DNA of 64,000 nucleotides from Candidatus Rokuibacteriota bacterium (GTDB lineage: Bacteria > Methylomirabilota > Methylomirabilia > Rokubacteriales > CSP1-6). This document shows, one piece after another, positions 57,076 to 64,000 of this stretch. The stretch's first letter is position 1; every line of letters starts with the position of its first letter. A model generated the notes under the pieces. That model did not search any database. It saw only the letters and a program-made list of their open reading frames with translations, and had not been told where the DNA came from. Where the stretch lies: positions 5,561-69,560 of the forward strand of contig VBPC01000272.1 of NCBI GenBank assembly GCA_005887895.1, read 5' to 3'. The position numbers and the translations under genes are program-made.

Positions 57076-58059
57076 TCAGGGGCGTCCGAGGCCGTAAAGC
57101 ACGAGAACCAGGGCCCCGAACTCGCGCACCGCCGAGAGCCGGTCGGCCGCGCGGCCCGGGTCCACGTGCTGCAGGACGTGGACGAGCACGAGCTGCGTGC
57201 GCTGCGGGCGCGCGGCGGCCAGGCGCAGGCTCTCGGTGTAGGGCACCGCGGGATCGTCGACGCCGTGCACGAGTACCAGGCGCGCCGGGATCTCGCGCGC
57301 CACGCGCTCGGGCGAGAGCCGGGCCAGCAGCTCGGCGACGCGGGGCGGAGGCGCGCGCAGCACGGCGGCAGCGCGCCCGGGATCGGCGAGAGCCTCGCGG
57401 GCGGACGAGTCGAGGAGATCGGCGTTGGCCTCGACGAACGCGCGGACGACGTCGGGCGCGTGCACGACCCGACCGCGCACGCCGTCCCACGCGTACTCCC
57501 CGGTGAGGAAGAAGCGCAGCAGCTCCGGAGCCGACGCGTACCCGCCGAGGCTGAGCACCGTGCGCACGCGCTCGCGCACCGCGGGATCGGCGGCCGCGAG
57601 CAGGGCGGGGCCGGCCCCGACACTCACGCCGACCACGACGGTCGGCGCGGCCCGTGCGGCGAGCGCGCTGACGACGGGACGCACGTCTTCGGGCCGGAGC
57701 CGGCCGCGCGTGAGCCCGGGAATCGTCGGCACCGTGACGTCGAAGCCGGCCCGGGCCAGCAGCGCGGCTGCCGCCTGGACGCGCGGCTCATCCTTGCCGC
57801 CCGGCGCGTAGCCGTGCACGAGTACGAGCGGCACGCCGCCGTCGCCGCTCCAGCGGTCGACGGCGGCGCCCTCGACGTGCAGGGACTCGCGGCGCGGGGC
57901 GGGGGTCAGCGCGGAGAGCGGACGCCGGGCGCCGCCCGACAGGAACTCGACCAGGAAGGCGGTGGCGAGGACGAGGCCGACGGCGGCCTGCGCGACCGGC
58001 ACGACGAGCAGCGCGGCGACGACGAGGCCGAGGAGCCGGGTTACTTCCGGTTGACGCAC
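57076..58059 (-). CDS. Alpha/beta-fold hydrolase with an N-terminal TM anchor
   Basis: It has a core of about 300 aa (VLVHGYAPGG, GVSVGAG nucleophile-elbow-like, LVHGVDDPAVP). The start is uncertain: GTG 58059 overlaps the upstream gene by 19 nt, and GTG 58002 is an alternative. Confidence 0.65.
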   Translation of the reverse strand: MRQPEVTRLLGLVVAALLVVPVAQAAVGLVLATAFLVEFLSGGARRPLSALTPAPRRESLHVEGAAVDRWSGDGGVPLVLVHGYAPGGKDEPRVQAAAALLARAGFDVTVPTIPGLTRGRLRPEDVRPVVSALAARAAPTVVVGVSVGAGPALLAAADPAVRERVRTVLSLGGYASAPELLRFFLTGEYAWDGVRGRVVHAPDVVRAFVEANADLLDSSAREALADPGRAAAVLRAPPPRVAELLARLSPERVAREIPARLVLVHGVDDPAVPYTESLRLAAARPQRTQLVLVHVLQHVDPGRAADRLSAVREFGALVLVLYGLGRP

Positions 58060-58670
58060 TTCACGAGGCGCCACCCGTTGAAGAGATTCACCTTGATGAC
58101 CAGCTCCGGCGTCAGCCCGACCTGCTTGAGCAGCGGCGTCATCGGAAGGTTGGACTTCCAGCCGAGCCGCGTGCAGACGGGCGCCACCAGGTCCTCGAGG
58201 TGGCCGGACAACCGGCGATCGCTGCGGAAGTGGTTCAGCAGGACCAGCAGGCCGCCCGGCTTGACGACGCGCCGCATCTCGCGCAGCACGGCCACCGGAT
58301 CGGGCACCGCCGAGATCGTGTACGTCGCCACCGCCTTGTCGAACTCGTTGTCGGCGAAGTCGAGGGAGGTGGCGTCCATCACCTTGAGGACCACGTTGGG
58401 CATGATGAGCTTCTGCGCGCGCTCCACCGCCTTGTCGAGCATCTCCTGGGAGAGATCGATGCCGGTCAGCCGGCACGAGGCCGGATAGAGCGGCAGGTTC
58501 AGCCCCGTCCCGATGCCGACCTCGAAGATCGTGTCGTTGGGCTTCAGGTCGAGCTGCGTGATGGCCGCCTGGCGGCCGGGCGCGAAGATCCAGTCGAAGA
58601 TGAAGTCGTACACCGGGGCGTAGAAATCGTACGCGCGCTCGACCTGCCTCTTCTCCAACGCTACGTCCAC
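58041..58670 (-). CDS. Class I SAM-dependent methyltransferase (PmtA/UbiE-like)
   Basis: 209 aa. VGIGTGLNL is motif I, followed by GIDLSQEML and VKPGGLLVL. Confidence 0.8.
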   Translation of the reverse strand: MDVALEKRQVERAYDFYAPVYDFIFDWIFAPGRQAAITQLDLKPNDTIFEVGIGTGLNLPLYPASCRLTGIDLSQEMLDKAVERAQKLIMPNVVLKVMDATSLDFADNEFDKAVATYTISAVPDPVAVLREMRRVVKPGGLLVLLNHFRSDRRLSGHLEDLVAPVCTRLGWKSNLPMTPLLKQVGLTPELVIKVNLFNGWRLVKCVNRK

Positions 58671-58845
58671 GTGTACCCCTCCAGCGTCTGGGATGGTGTG
58701 AGGTCGCTCTGGAGGCCTGGGATGCTGGTCCGCGGCGATTCTACTCGCTGCCCTCCGGCGTTGCCAAGAGGCTTGGTCCCGTGACGGCCGGTCCCGCTCA
58801 CGGAGTCCCCGGGCAGCAAGGATGAGGCCACTGACGTCGCGTGTT

Positions 58846-60222
58846 CTAGCCGCGGCCGCCCCGCAGGGCCGCCAGAAAACGGGTCATGATCGCGTCCCCG
58901 ACCTCACGCTCGCCGGCCGGCAGCCCGGCCGCACGCCAGTCGCGGACGCGCACGACGGCCTTGGCCATCGAGCGATGGCCGCCGGCGCTGCCGAGAGCGG
59001 CGAACGCCTCGTGCACGACGTCGCCGGCGGCCCGCACGTAGCCGACGTTGCGAACCGACACGTGCAGCTCGGCGGCGATCCGCCCCGAGACCACCGACCA
59101 CTCGGCGCCCTCGACCTGCAGGAAGAGATCGGCGAACTGCGCGACGAGCTCGGGATAGCCGACCGGGCCCAGGTGCGCGAACATCACGCCCTCGACGAGC
59201 CGGCGGCCGGCGATGCCGCGGGCCAGCACGTCGAGCGCGGCCTCGGGCAGATCGGGCCGCTCGATGCGCCGGAGCGCGTTGTGGTTGGCGTGGCCGTGGA
59301 GAAACGCGAACGCGTCCATGTCGGCCCGGGTGGCGCCGCGCTCGAGATGCAGCGTGTCGGCCTTGATCCCGTAGAGGAGCGCGGTGGCCAGACGCTCGCG
59401 GATCTTGACGTCGGCGGCGCGCAGGTACTCGGTGAGGATCGTCGACGTCGCGCCGTAGGCGGGGCGGATGTCGCGCAGGCGCGCGCGGACCGGCGTGTCC
59501 TCGGGATGGTGATCGATCACGAGGTCGACCTCGGCCAGGCGCTCCTCGAAGAACGCCGGCTGGGTGTCGACCATCGCGATCTTGTCGTACTCCTCGACCG
59601 CGCGCGGCTTCACCTGCTCGACGTCGATCTCGAGGATGCGCGTCATCGCCCGGTTCTCGGGGCGGGTGATGGCGCCGAACGTCCCGATCGTGGCCGCCGA
59701 CTTCGTACGACCGAGCAGCGTGCGCAGCGCCCACGCCGAGGCGATCGCATCCGGGTCGGGATCGTCCTGCATCATGATGAGCACGCGGTCGGCCCGGGCG
59801 AAGTGCTCGCGCACCCGGGCGGCGCGGGCGCGGGCGACGGCGCGCTCCAGCGCCGGCTCCAGGATCGCGGCGGTGACGCGGGCGGGCGCCAGCGTCGCCA
59901 CCGGCTCGGCGTCGGCCGGCGCCGCGTCGGCGAACACGACGAGCGGCGCGGCGGGCGCCACCCCCCGGATGGCGGCGATCACACGCGCCTGCCGGGCGCG
60001 ATCGACGGCGATCAGCACCGGCTCGGTGCCGCTGCGAAACGCGCGGCGATAGACCGCCTCGTCGTCGAGGCGGCCGGCCAGCGCCTCGCCGCCGTGCTCG
60101 TGGATGCGGGCGCGCAGCCGCGGCTGCTCCACGATCCACACCGGCGCCAGCCGGGCCTCGCCCCGGTCGGCGGCCAGCCGCCACAGGAAGTCGTCCGCGC
60201 ACACGAAGAGGCAGCGCATCAC
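58846..60222 (-). CDS. DHH/DHHA1-family phosphoesterase with an N-terminal extension
   Basis: 458 aa. DPDPDAIAS, the VIDHHP (DHH) motif and the C-terminal GGH motif (SAGGHRSMA) are present. Confidence 0.75.
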   Translation of the reverse strand: MMRCLFVCADDFLWRLAADRGEARLAPVWIVEQPRLRARIHEHGGEALAGRLDDEAVYRRAFRSGTEPVLIAVDRARQARVIAAIRGVAPAAPLVVFADAAPADAEPVATLAPARVTAAILEPALERAVARARAARVREHFARADRVLIMMQDDPDPDAIASAWALRTLLGRTKSAATIGTFGAITRPENRAMTRILEIDVEQVKPRAVEEYDKIAMVDTQPAFFEERLAEVDLVIDHHPEDTPVRARLRDIRPAYGATSTILTEYLRAADVKIRERLATALLYGIKADTLHLERGATRADMDAFAFLHGHANHNALRRIERPDLPEAALDVLARGIAGRRLVEGVMFAHLGPVGYPELVAQFADLFLQVEGAEWSVVSGRIAAELHVSVRNVGYVRAAGDVVHEAFAALGSAGGHRSMAKAVVRVRDWRAAGLPAGEREVGDAIMTRFLAALRGGRG

Positions 60223-60262
60223 GTCAAGTGGAAGTATGAACCCGGGGCCCGGCCAGACAAGC

Positions 60263-61819
60263 CTATTCTTCCGCGAGCGACGCGCGGAACGCCCGGTAGG
60301 CCGGCGCGCGCTGGACGCGGCGGCGCAGCGCGACGTCGGTGGCGCGGGGCCCGGTCAGCGCGGCCGGCGACAGCACGCGGCCGAGCTCCCGCTCGCCGAG
60401 CAGGCGGTGGCCCAGCACGACGTCGCGGAGCGGCCGGCCGCGGCGGCGCGCTTCCTTCACGACCTCGGCGGTGACGTCGTAGCCGAGGTAGGGGGACAGC
60501 GCCGTCGCCTCGATCAGGCTGCCGGCGACGAGCCGGCGCGCGCGGCGGCGATCGACGGCCATCCCCTCGACACAGCGGACGCGGAGCAATCGCACGGCGC
60601 GGGTCAGGAGCGTGAGCGCCCCCGCCAGATTGTCGGCGACGAGCGGCGTCATGACGTTGAGCTCCAGCTCGCCGGCCGCGGCGGCCAGCGCGACGGCGTG
60701 GTCATCAGCGGCGACCTGGAAGCACGCCATCTGCACCGCCTCCGGAACCGACGGGTTGACCTTGCCGGGCATGATCGACGATCCGGGCTCGACCTCGGGC
60801 AGGCGCAGCTCGGCGAGGCCGGTGTCGGGGCCGGAGGCGAGCAGCCGGAGGTCGACGCAGATCTTCGCCAGGTCGACGGCGGCCCCCCGCAGTGCCGCCG
60901 AGCACGCCAGCAGCGGCCGCAGCGACCACGTGGTCGAGACCGGTGTCGGCGCCGGCCGCAGACGAACTTCCACGAGCCGCGACAGCTCGCGCGTCACCAG
61001 CGCGCGGAAGCGCGGGTGCGCGGTGAGGCCGGTGCCGACCGCGGTGCCTCCGAGGCCGATCACGCTCAGCTCCGCCCGCGCGGCGCCGAGCGCCCGCCGG
61101 GCATCGTCGACGGCCTGCGCCCAGCCGCCGAGCACCTGGCCCCAGGTGATCGGCACCGCGTCCTGCAGGTGCGTGCGGCCGGGCTTGACGACGTCGCGCT
61201 CGCGGGCGGCCTGCCGGCGCAGCGCGCGGACGAGCGCCGCCAGCTCGGCGTCGAGCGGCCCGAGCAGCTCGAGCGCCATGAGACGGATCGCGGTCGGCGT
61301 GACGTCATTGGACGACTGGCCGAGGTTGACGTGGCTGTTGGGATGGATCGGCACGTAGCGGCCACGGCGGCCGCCGAGGCGCTCGTTGGCGAGGTTCGCC
61401 ACGACCTCGTTGACGTTCATGTGGGCCGGCGTGCCGGCGCCGGCCTGGAGAACGTCGATGGCGGCGGCGTCCGGGACGCGGCCGGCGGCCACGAGGGCGG
61501 CGGCCCGGTCGATGGCCGTCGCCCAGCGGGGCGGCAGCAGCCCCAGCCGCGCATTGGTGCGCGCCGCCGCCTGCTTGATGCGCGCGTAGGCGCGAACGAG
61601 GGCGGGGTGCGGCGCACGACCGGTGAGCTGGAAGGTGTGGCGCGCGCGCTCGGTGAACACCCCCCACAGCGCGCGCCGCGGGACGGCCAGCGGCCCGAGG
61701 CTGTCGCGCTCGACGCGCGTGGAACCGCGCGCGCGCCGGCGCCGCCTCCCGCCGCCGGATTCAGGCTGCCCGCTCGCGGACCTCGCTCGTCTCGCGGACC
61801 TGGAAGCGATGGCGGTCAC
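60263..61819 (-). CDS. aspA: Aspartate ammonia-lyase (class II fumarase/aspartase family)
   Basis: GSSIMPGKVNPSVPE is the signature (aspartase-like NP-x-x-PE), together with QSSNDVTPTA and an N-terminal ERDSLGPLAVP. ATG 61819 is the only in-frame start and overlaps the upstream small ORF by 59 nt. Confidence 0.8.
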   Translation of the reverse strand: MTAIASRSARRARSASGQPESGGGRRRRRARGSTRVERDSLGPLAVPRRALWGVFTERARHTFQLTGRAPHPALVRAYARIKQAAARTNARLGLLPPRWATAIDRAAALVAAGRVPDAAAIDVLQAGAGTPAHMNVNEVVANLANERLGGRRGRYVPIHPNSHVNLGQSSNDVTPTAIRLMALELLGPLDAELAALVRALRRQAARERDVVKPGRTHLQDAVPITWGQVLGGWAQAVDDARRALGAARAELSVIGLGGTAVGTGLTAHPRFRALVTRELSRLVEVRLRPAPTPVSTTWSLRPLLACSAALRGAAVDLAKICVDLRLLASGPDTGLAELRLPEVEPGSSIMPGKVNPSVPEAVQMACFQVAADDHAVALAAAAGELELNVMTPLVADNLAGALTLLTRAVRLLRVRCVEGMAVDRRRARRLVAGSLIEATALSPYLGYDVTAEVVKEARRRGRPLRDVVLGHRLLGERELGRVLSPAALTGPRATDVALRRRVQRAPAYRAFRASLAEE

Positions 61820-62006
61820 CGTTGGCGCCCGCCATCAGCGCGGGCCGCTTGCCATAGCGACCGAAATACCACGCCTCGAAGCATTCGCGGTGATAGGTGC
61901 CCGACGACGCCACGACTTGTGGCGCGAAGCGGGCGACGAGCATGTGGCAGCGCCCGCACGCCGGCGCGCCCTTCATCGAGATGTCGCTGAGATTCTGGTC
62001 GTCCAT
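61761..62006 (-). CDS. Small Cys/His protein (81 aa), possible zinc-binding
   Basis: ATG 62006. C-G-R-C-H ... H-R-E-C gives a CxxC...HxxC arrangement. The codon usage is coding-like, and the ORF lies downstream of a perfect sigma54 promoter. Confidence 0.45.
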   Translation of the reverse strand: MDDQNLSDISMKGAPACGRCHMLVARFAPQVVASSGTYHRECFEAWYFGRYGKRPALMAGANGDRHRFQVRETSEVRERAA

Positions 62007-62075
62007 GGCTGCGCTCTGCCTTTCCTGCGTCGATTCGGGCCGCCTCGTGGCGGCCACTGATCGCGGTACCGGAAC

Positions 62076-62090
62076 GCAAGCGCGGTGCCA
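62076..62090 (-). promoter_or_regulatory. sigma54 (-24/-12) promoter, minus strand
   Basis: The plus strand reads GCAA-gcgcg-GTGCCA, so the minus strand reads TGGCAC-cgcgc-TTGC, an exact consensus. It lies about 70 nt upstream of ATG 62006. Confidence 0.7.
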
Positions 62091-62197
62091 TTGTCAGAAC
62101 CTTGATTTTCGCGAGGTTGCGAGTCGAATCTCGACGCGCGCATCTTTTACACCTGTAAGGTCTACCACAGACGGGGCGGCTCGTTGCGGCGTTCGGG

Positions 62198-64000
62198 TCA
62201 GCCGCGCTGCAACGACGGCTGCGGGATCTTCGCCAGCTCCGCCACGAGCAGGCCGGCCCAGCCGTAGATGTTGTGCTCGCGCACGTGCTGGCGCATGCGG
62301 CGCATCCGCGAGCGGCGCTCGGCGGGGTCGACGGTGAGAGCGACGTGGATGGCGCCGGCCACGTCCTCGACGTCGTAGGGGTTGACAATCCAGGCGTCCC
62401 CCAGCTCCCGTGAGGCGCCGGTGAAGCGGCTGAGGATCAGGCTGGCGTCGTCGTCGACCTGGGCCGCGACGTACTCCTTGGCGACGAGGTTCATGCCGTC
62501 GTGGAGCGAGGTGACCAGGCAGAAGTCCGCCGCGCGGTAGTAGCGGCGGATCTCGGTGTGGTCGTGGTGCCGCTCACGGTAGACGATCGGCTCCCAGCCG
62601 TGCTCGCCGAGCTCCTCGTTGATCGTGCGCACGGCCTCGCGGACCTCTTCCTGCAGCGCGCGGTACCGGGGGATGCGACTGCGGCTCGGCGAGGCGATCT
62701 GCACGAACACCACCCGCCGACGGAACTCGGGCCAGCGCTCGAAGAACCGCCGAATGGCGCGCAGGCGCTCGGGCAGGCCCTTGGTGTAGTCCACCCGCTC
62801 CACGCCGATGCCGAGCCAGTCGGCGGTGATGCCGAGCTCGGCCCGCAGCGCCCGCCGGTCGGCCTCCGCCGTCCCGTCGGTCTCGACGGGCGCCACGCTG
62901 ATCGGGAACGGCCGGACGAACGTCGTGTGCTGCCCGCGCACGACCGCGAAGTTCTCCCAGTCCACGCGGCCCTCGATCGTCCGCTCCACGGTCTCCAGGA
63001 AATTGTTGCAGTGGAACTGCGTGTGGAAGCCGATCAGGTCGGCCCCCAGCAGTCCGAGCAGGATGTCCTCCTGCCACGGACAGATGCCGAAGGCCTCGAA
63101 ATTCGGCCACGGGATGTGCCAGAAGAGCGCGACCCGCGCGTCGGGCCGCGCCTGCTTCACGAGCTGGGGCAGCAGCGCGAAGTGATAGTCCTGGGCGAGC
63201 ACGATCGGCTGCTCGGTCTTTTCCATCTCCTCGAGCAGCGCGGCCGCGAAGCGGCCGTTCACCCGCCGGTACTCCTCCCAGTCGTCGGCGCGGAAGTGGG
63301 GGCGCTCGTGCACGATGTGGCAGAGGGGCCACAATCCCTCGTTGGCGAAGCCGTAGTAGTACCCGGCCTCCTCCTGCTCGGACAGCCACACGCGCCGCAG
63401 CGTGTAGGCGGGATCGGGCGTCGGCAGCCCGACGCGATCGCCGATCACCCGGTCGGCGCTGCCGCTGCCGTGGGCCACCCACACGCCACCGCAGGCCAGC
63501 ATGATCGGCTCCAGCGCGGTGACGAGCCCGCTGGCCGGCTGCACCTCGACGATGGCCCGGCCCTCGCGGACGTGGCTGAGCGGCTCGCGATTGGAGACGA
63601 TGTAGATCGGTCGCTCGCCGAAGCGGATCTCGACGAACTGCTTGAGCCGCTCCTCCGTCCACAGGCTCTCGCCGCTGAGGCGAAGGCGCGCCTCTTCGGC
63701 GGCGGCCAGCCGCACGCGGGCCAGCGTGCGGGCGAGACTGGTGACCTCGGTCGCCAGCGAGCCGAAGAGACCGGCGTCGGCCTCCGGCGGCGGCGCGACC
63801 GGCTGGCCGGACTTGAGCTGGCGCGTCCACTCGGCGATGCGCTCCATCGGGCGCGTCACCGACCAGCGCACCGTCAGCCACGTGATGCCGGTGACCAGCA
63901 GCATCAGCACGCCCATGCGCACGGCGGTGCGGCGCCACAGGTCCCACTCGCTGGCCTCGAGCGGCTCGGCGTCGACCAGCACGGCGGCGGCGCCGACGAC
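62198..64000 (-). CDS. otsA: Trehalose-6-phosphate synthase (GT20) with an N-terminal membrane/linker region; 5' end possibly outside the window
   Basis: IYIVSNREPLSH, FANEGLWPLCH, DYHFALLP and HDGMNLVAKEY are OtsA motifs. A possible start is GTG 63982, but the frame stays open to the window edge. Confidence 0.85.
   Translation of the reverse strand, partial: VVGAAAVLVDAEPLEASEWDLWRRTAVRMGVLMLLVTGITWLTVRWSVTRPMERIAEWTRQLKSGQPVAPPPEADAGLFGSLATEVTSLARTLARVRLAAAEEARLRLSGESLWTEERLKQFVEIRFGERPIYIVSNREPLSHVREGRAIVEVQPASGLVTALEPIMLACGGVWVAHGSGSADRVIGDRVGLPTPDPAYTLRRVWLSEQEEAGYYYGFANEGLWPLCHIVHERPHFRADDWEEYRRVNGRFAAALLEEMEKTEQPIVLAQDYHFALLPQLVKQARPDARVALFWHIPWPNFEAFGICPWQEDILLGLLGADLIGFHTQFHCNNFLETVERTIEGRVDWENFAVVRGQHTTFVRPFPISVAPVETDGTAEADRRALRAELGITADWLGIGVERVDYTKGLPERLRAIRRFFERWPEFRRRVVFVQIASPSRSRIPRYRALQEEVREAVRTINEELGEHGWEPIVYRERHHDHTEIRRYYRAADFCLVTSLHDGMNLVAKEYVAAQVDDDASLILSRFTGASRELGDAWIVNPYDVEDVAGAIHVALTVDPAERRSRMRRMRQHVREHNIYGWAGLLVAELAKIPQPSLQRG

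Noticed and set aside
57076-58476. 466-aa version of the hydrolase ORF starting at 58476
   Set aside because: The N-terminal 140 aa or so overlap the SAM-methyltransferase gene in another frame and are Arg/Pro/Gly-rich. A start at GTG 58059 or 58002 gives a sensible TM anchor plus an alpha/beta-hydrolase core.
60104-61990. 628-aa plus-strand ORF
   Set aside because: It is antisense to aspA, which carries the GSSIMPGKVNP signature, and its composition is typical of a GC artefact.

Overview
Very GC-rich (about 70% by eye), densely coding bacterial chromosome segment. It has about 65 plausible protein genes, one tRNA, and no rRNA, CRISPR array, transposase or integrase. Many neighbouring genes share 4-nt ATGA/GTGA stop-start overlaps, which suggests translational coupling. 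The long Arg/Ala/Gly/Pro-rich ORFs in the six-frame track are mostly antisense or out-of-frame artefacts of the GC content. sigma54 promoters and activators plus an outer-membrane beta-barrel protein indicate a diderm that is not an actinobacterium. A soil lineage such as Rokubacteria/Methylomirabilota or a deltaproteobacterium is only a guess.

Main content, in order:
- Citrate-synthase-like gene, sodC and two tandem M20 amidohydrolases.
- An ArsR-headed six-gene respiratory module related to group-4 hydrogenases and complex I. Its catalytic subunit has lost the NiFe cysteine ligands.
- A frameshifted collagen-like gene.
- MoxR-VWA-DUF3047.
- A UGSC-type selenoprotein gene with an in-frame UGA and an adjacent hairpin.
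- O-antigen-ligase/TPR protein, thiolase-HAD-DUF35, an MFS transporter and uvrA.
- Two orphan NtrC-type activators and two perfect sigma54 promoters.
- A Fur/PerR-rubrerythrin-FeS(CCG)-DUF3501-cytochrome c module.
- A hyper-acidic protein, then a tRNA(CAT) followed by a roughly 3-kb less GC-rich islet encoding Gly/His-rich secreted proteins and gene remnants.
- A pterin cluster (glycosyltransferase, two PTPS paralogues, FolE, SDR).
- IscA, a MoaD-MoaE fusion, tilS, HtrA, a TPR/beta-barrel protein and a FecR-like gene with a perfect 297-bp tandem duplication.
- aspA and otsA.

A two-hairpin element of about 70 bp recurs at least six times at gene ends. All calls come from reading the sequence and ORF translations by eye. 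No database search was run.
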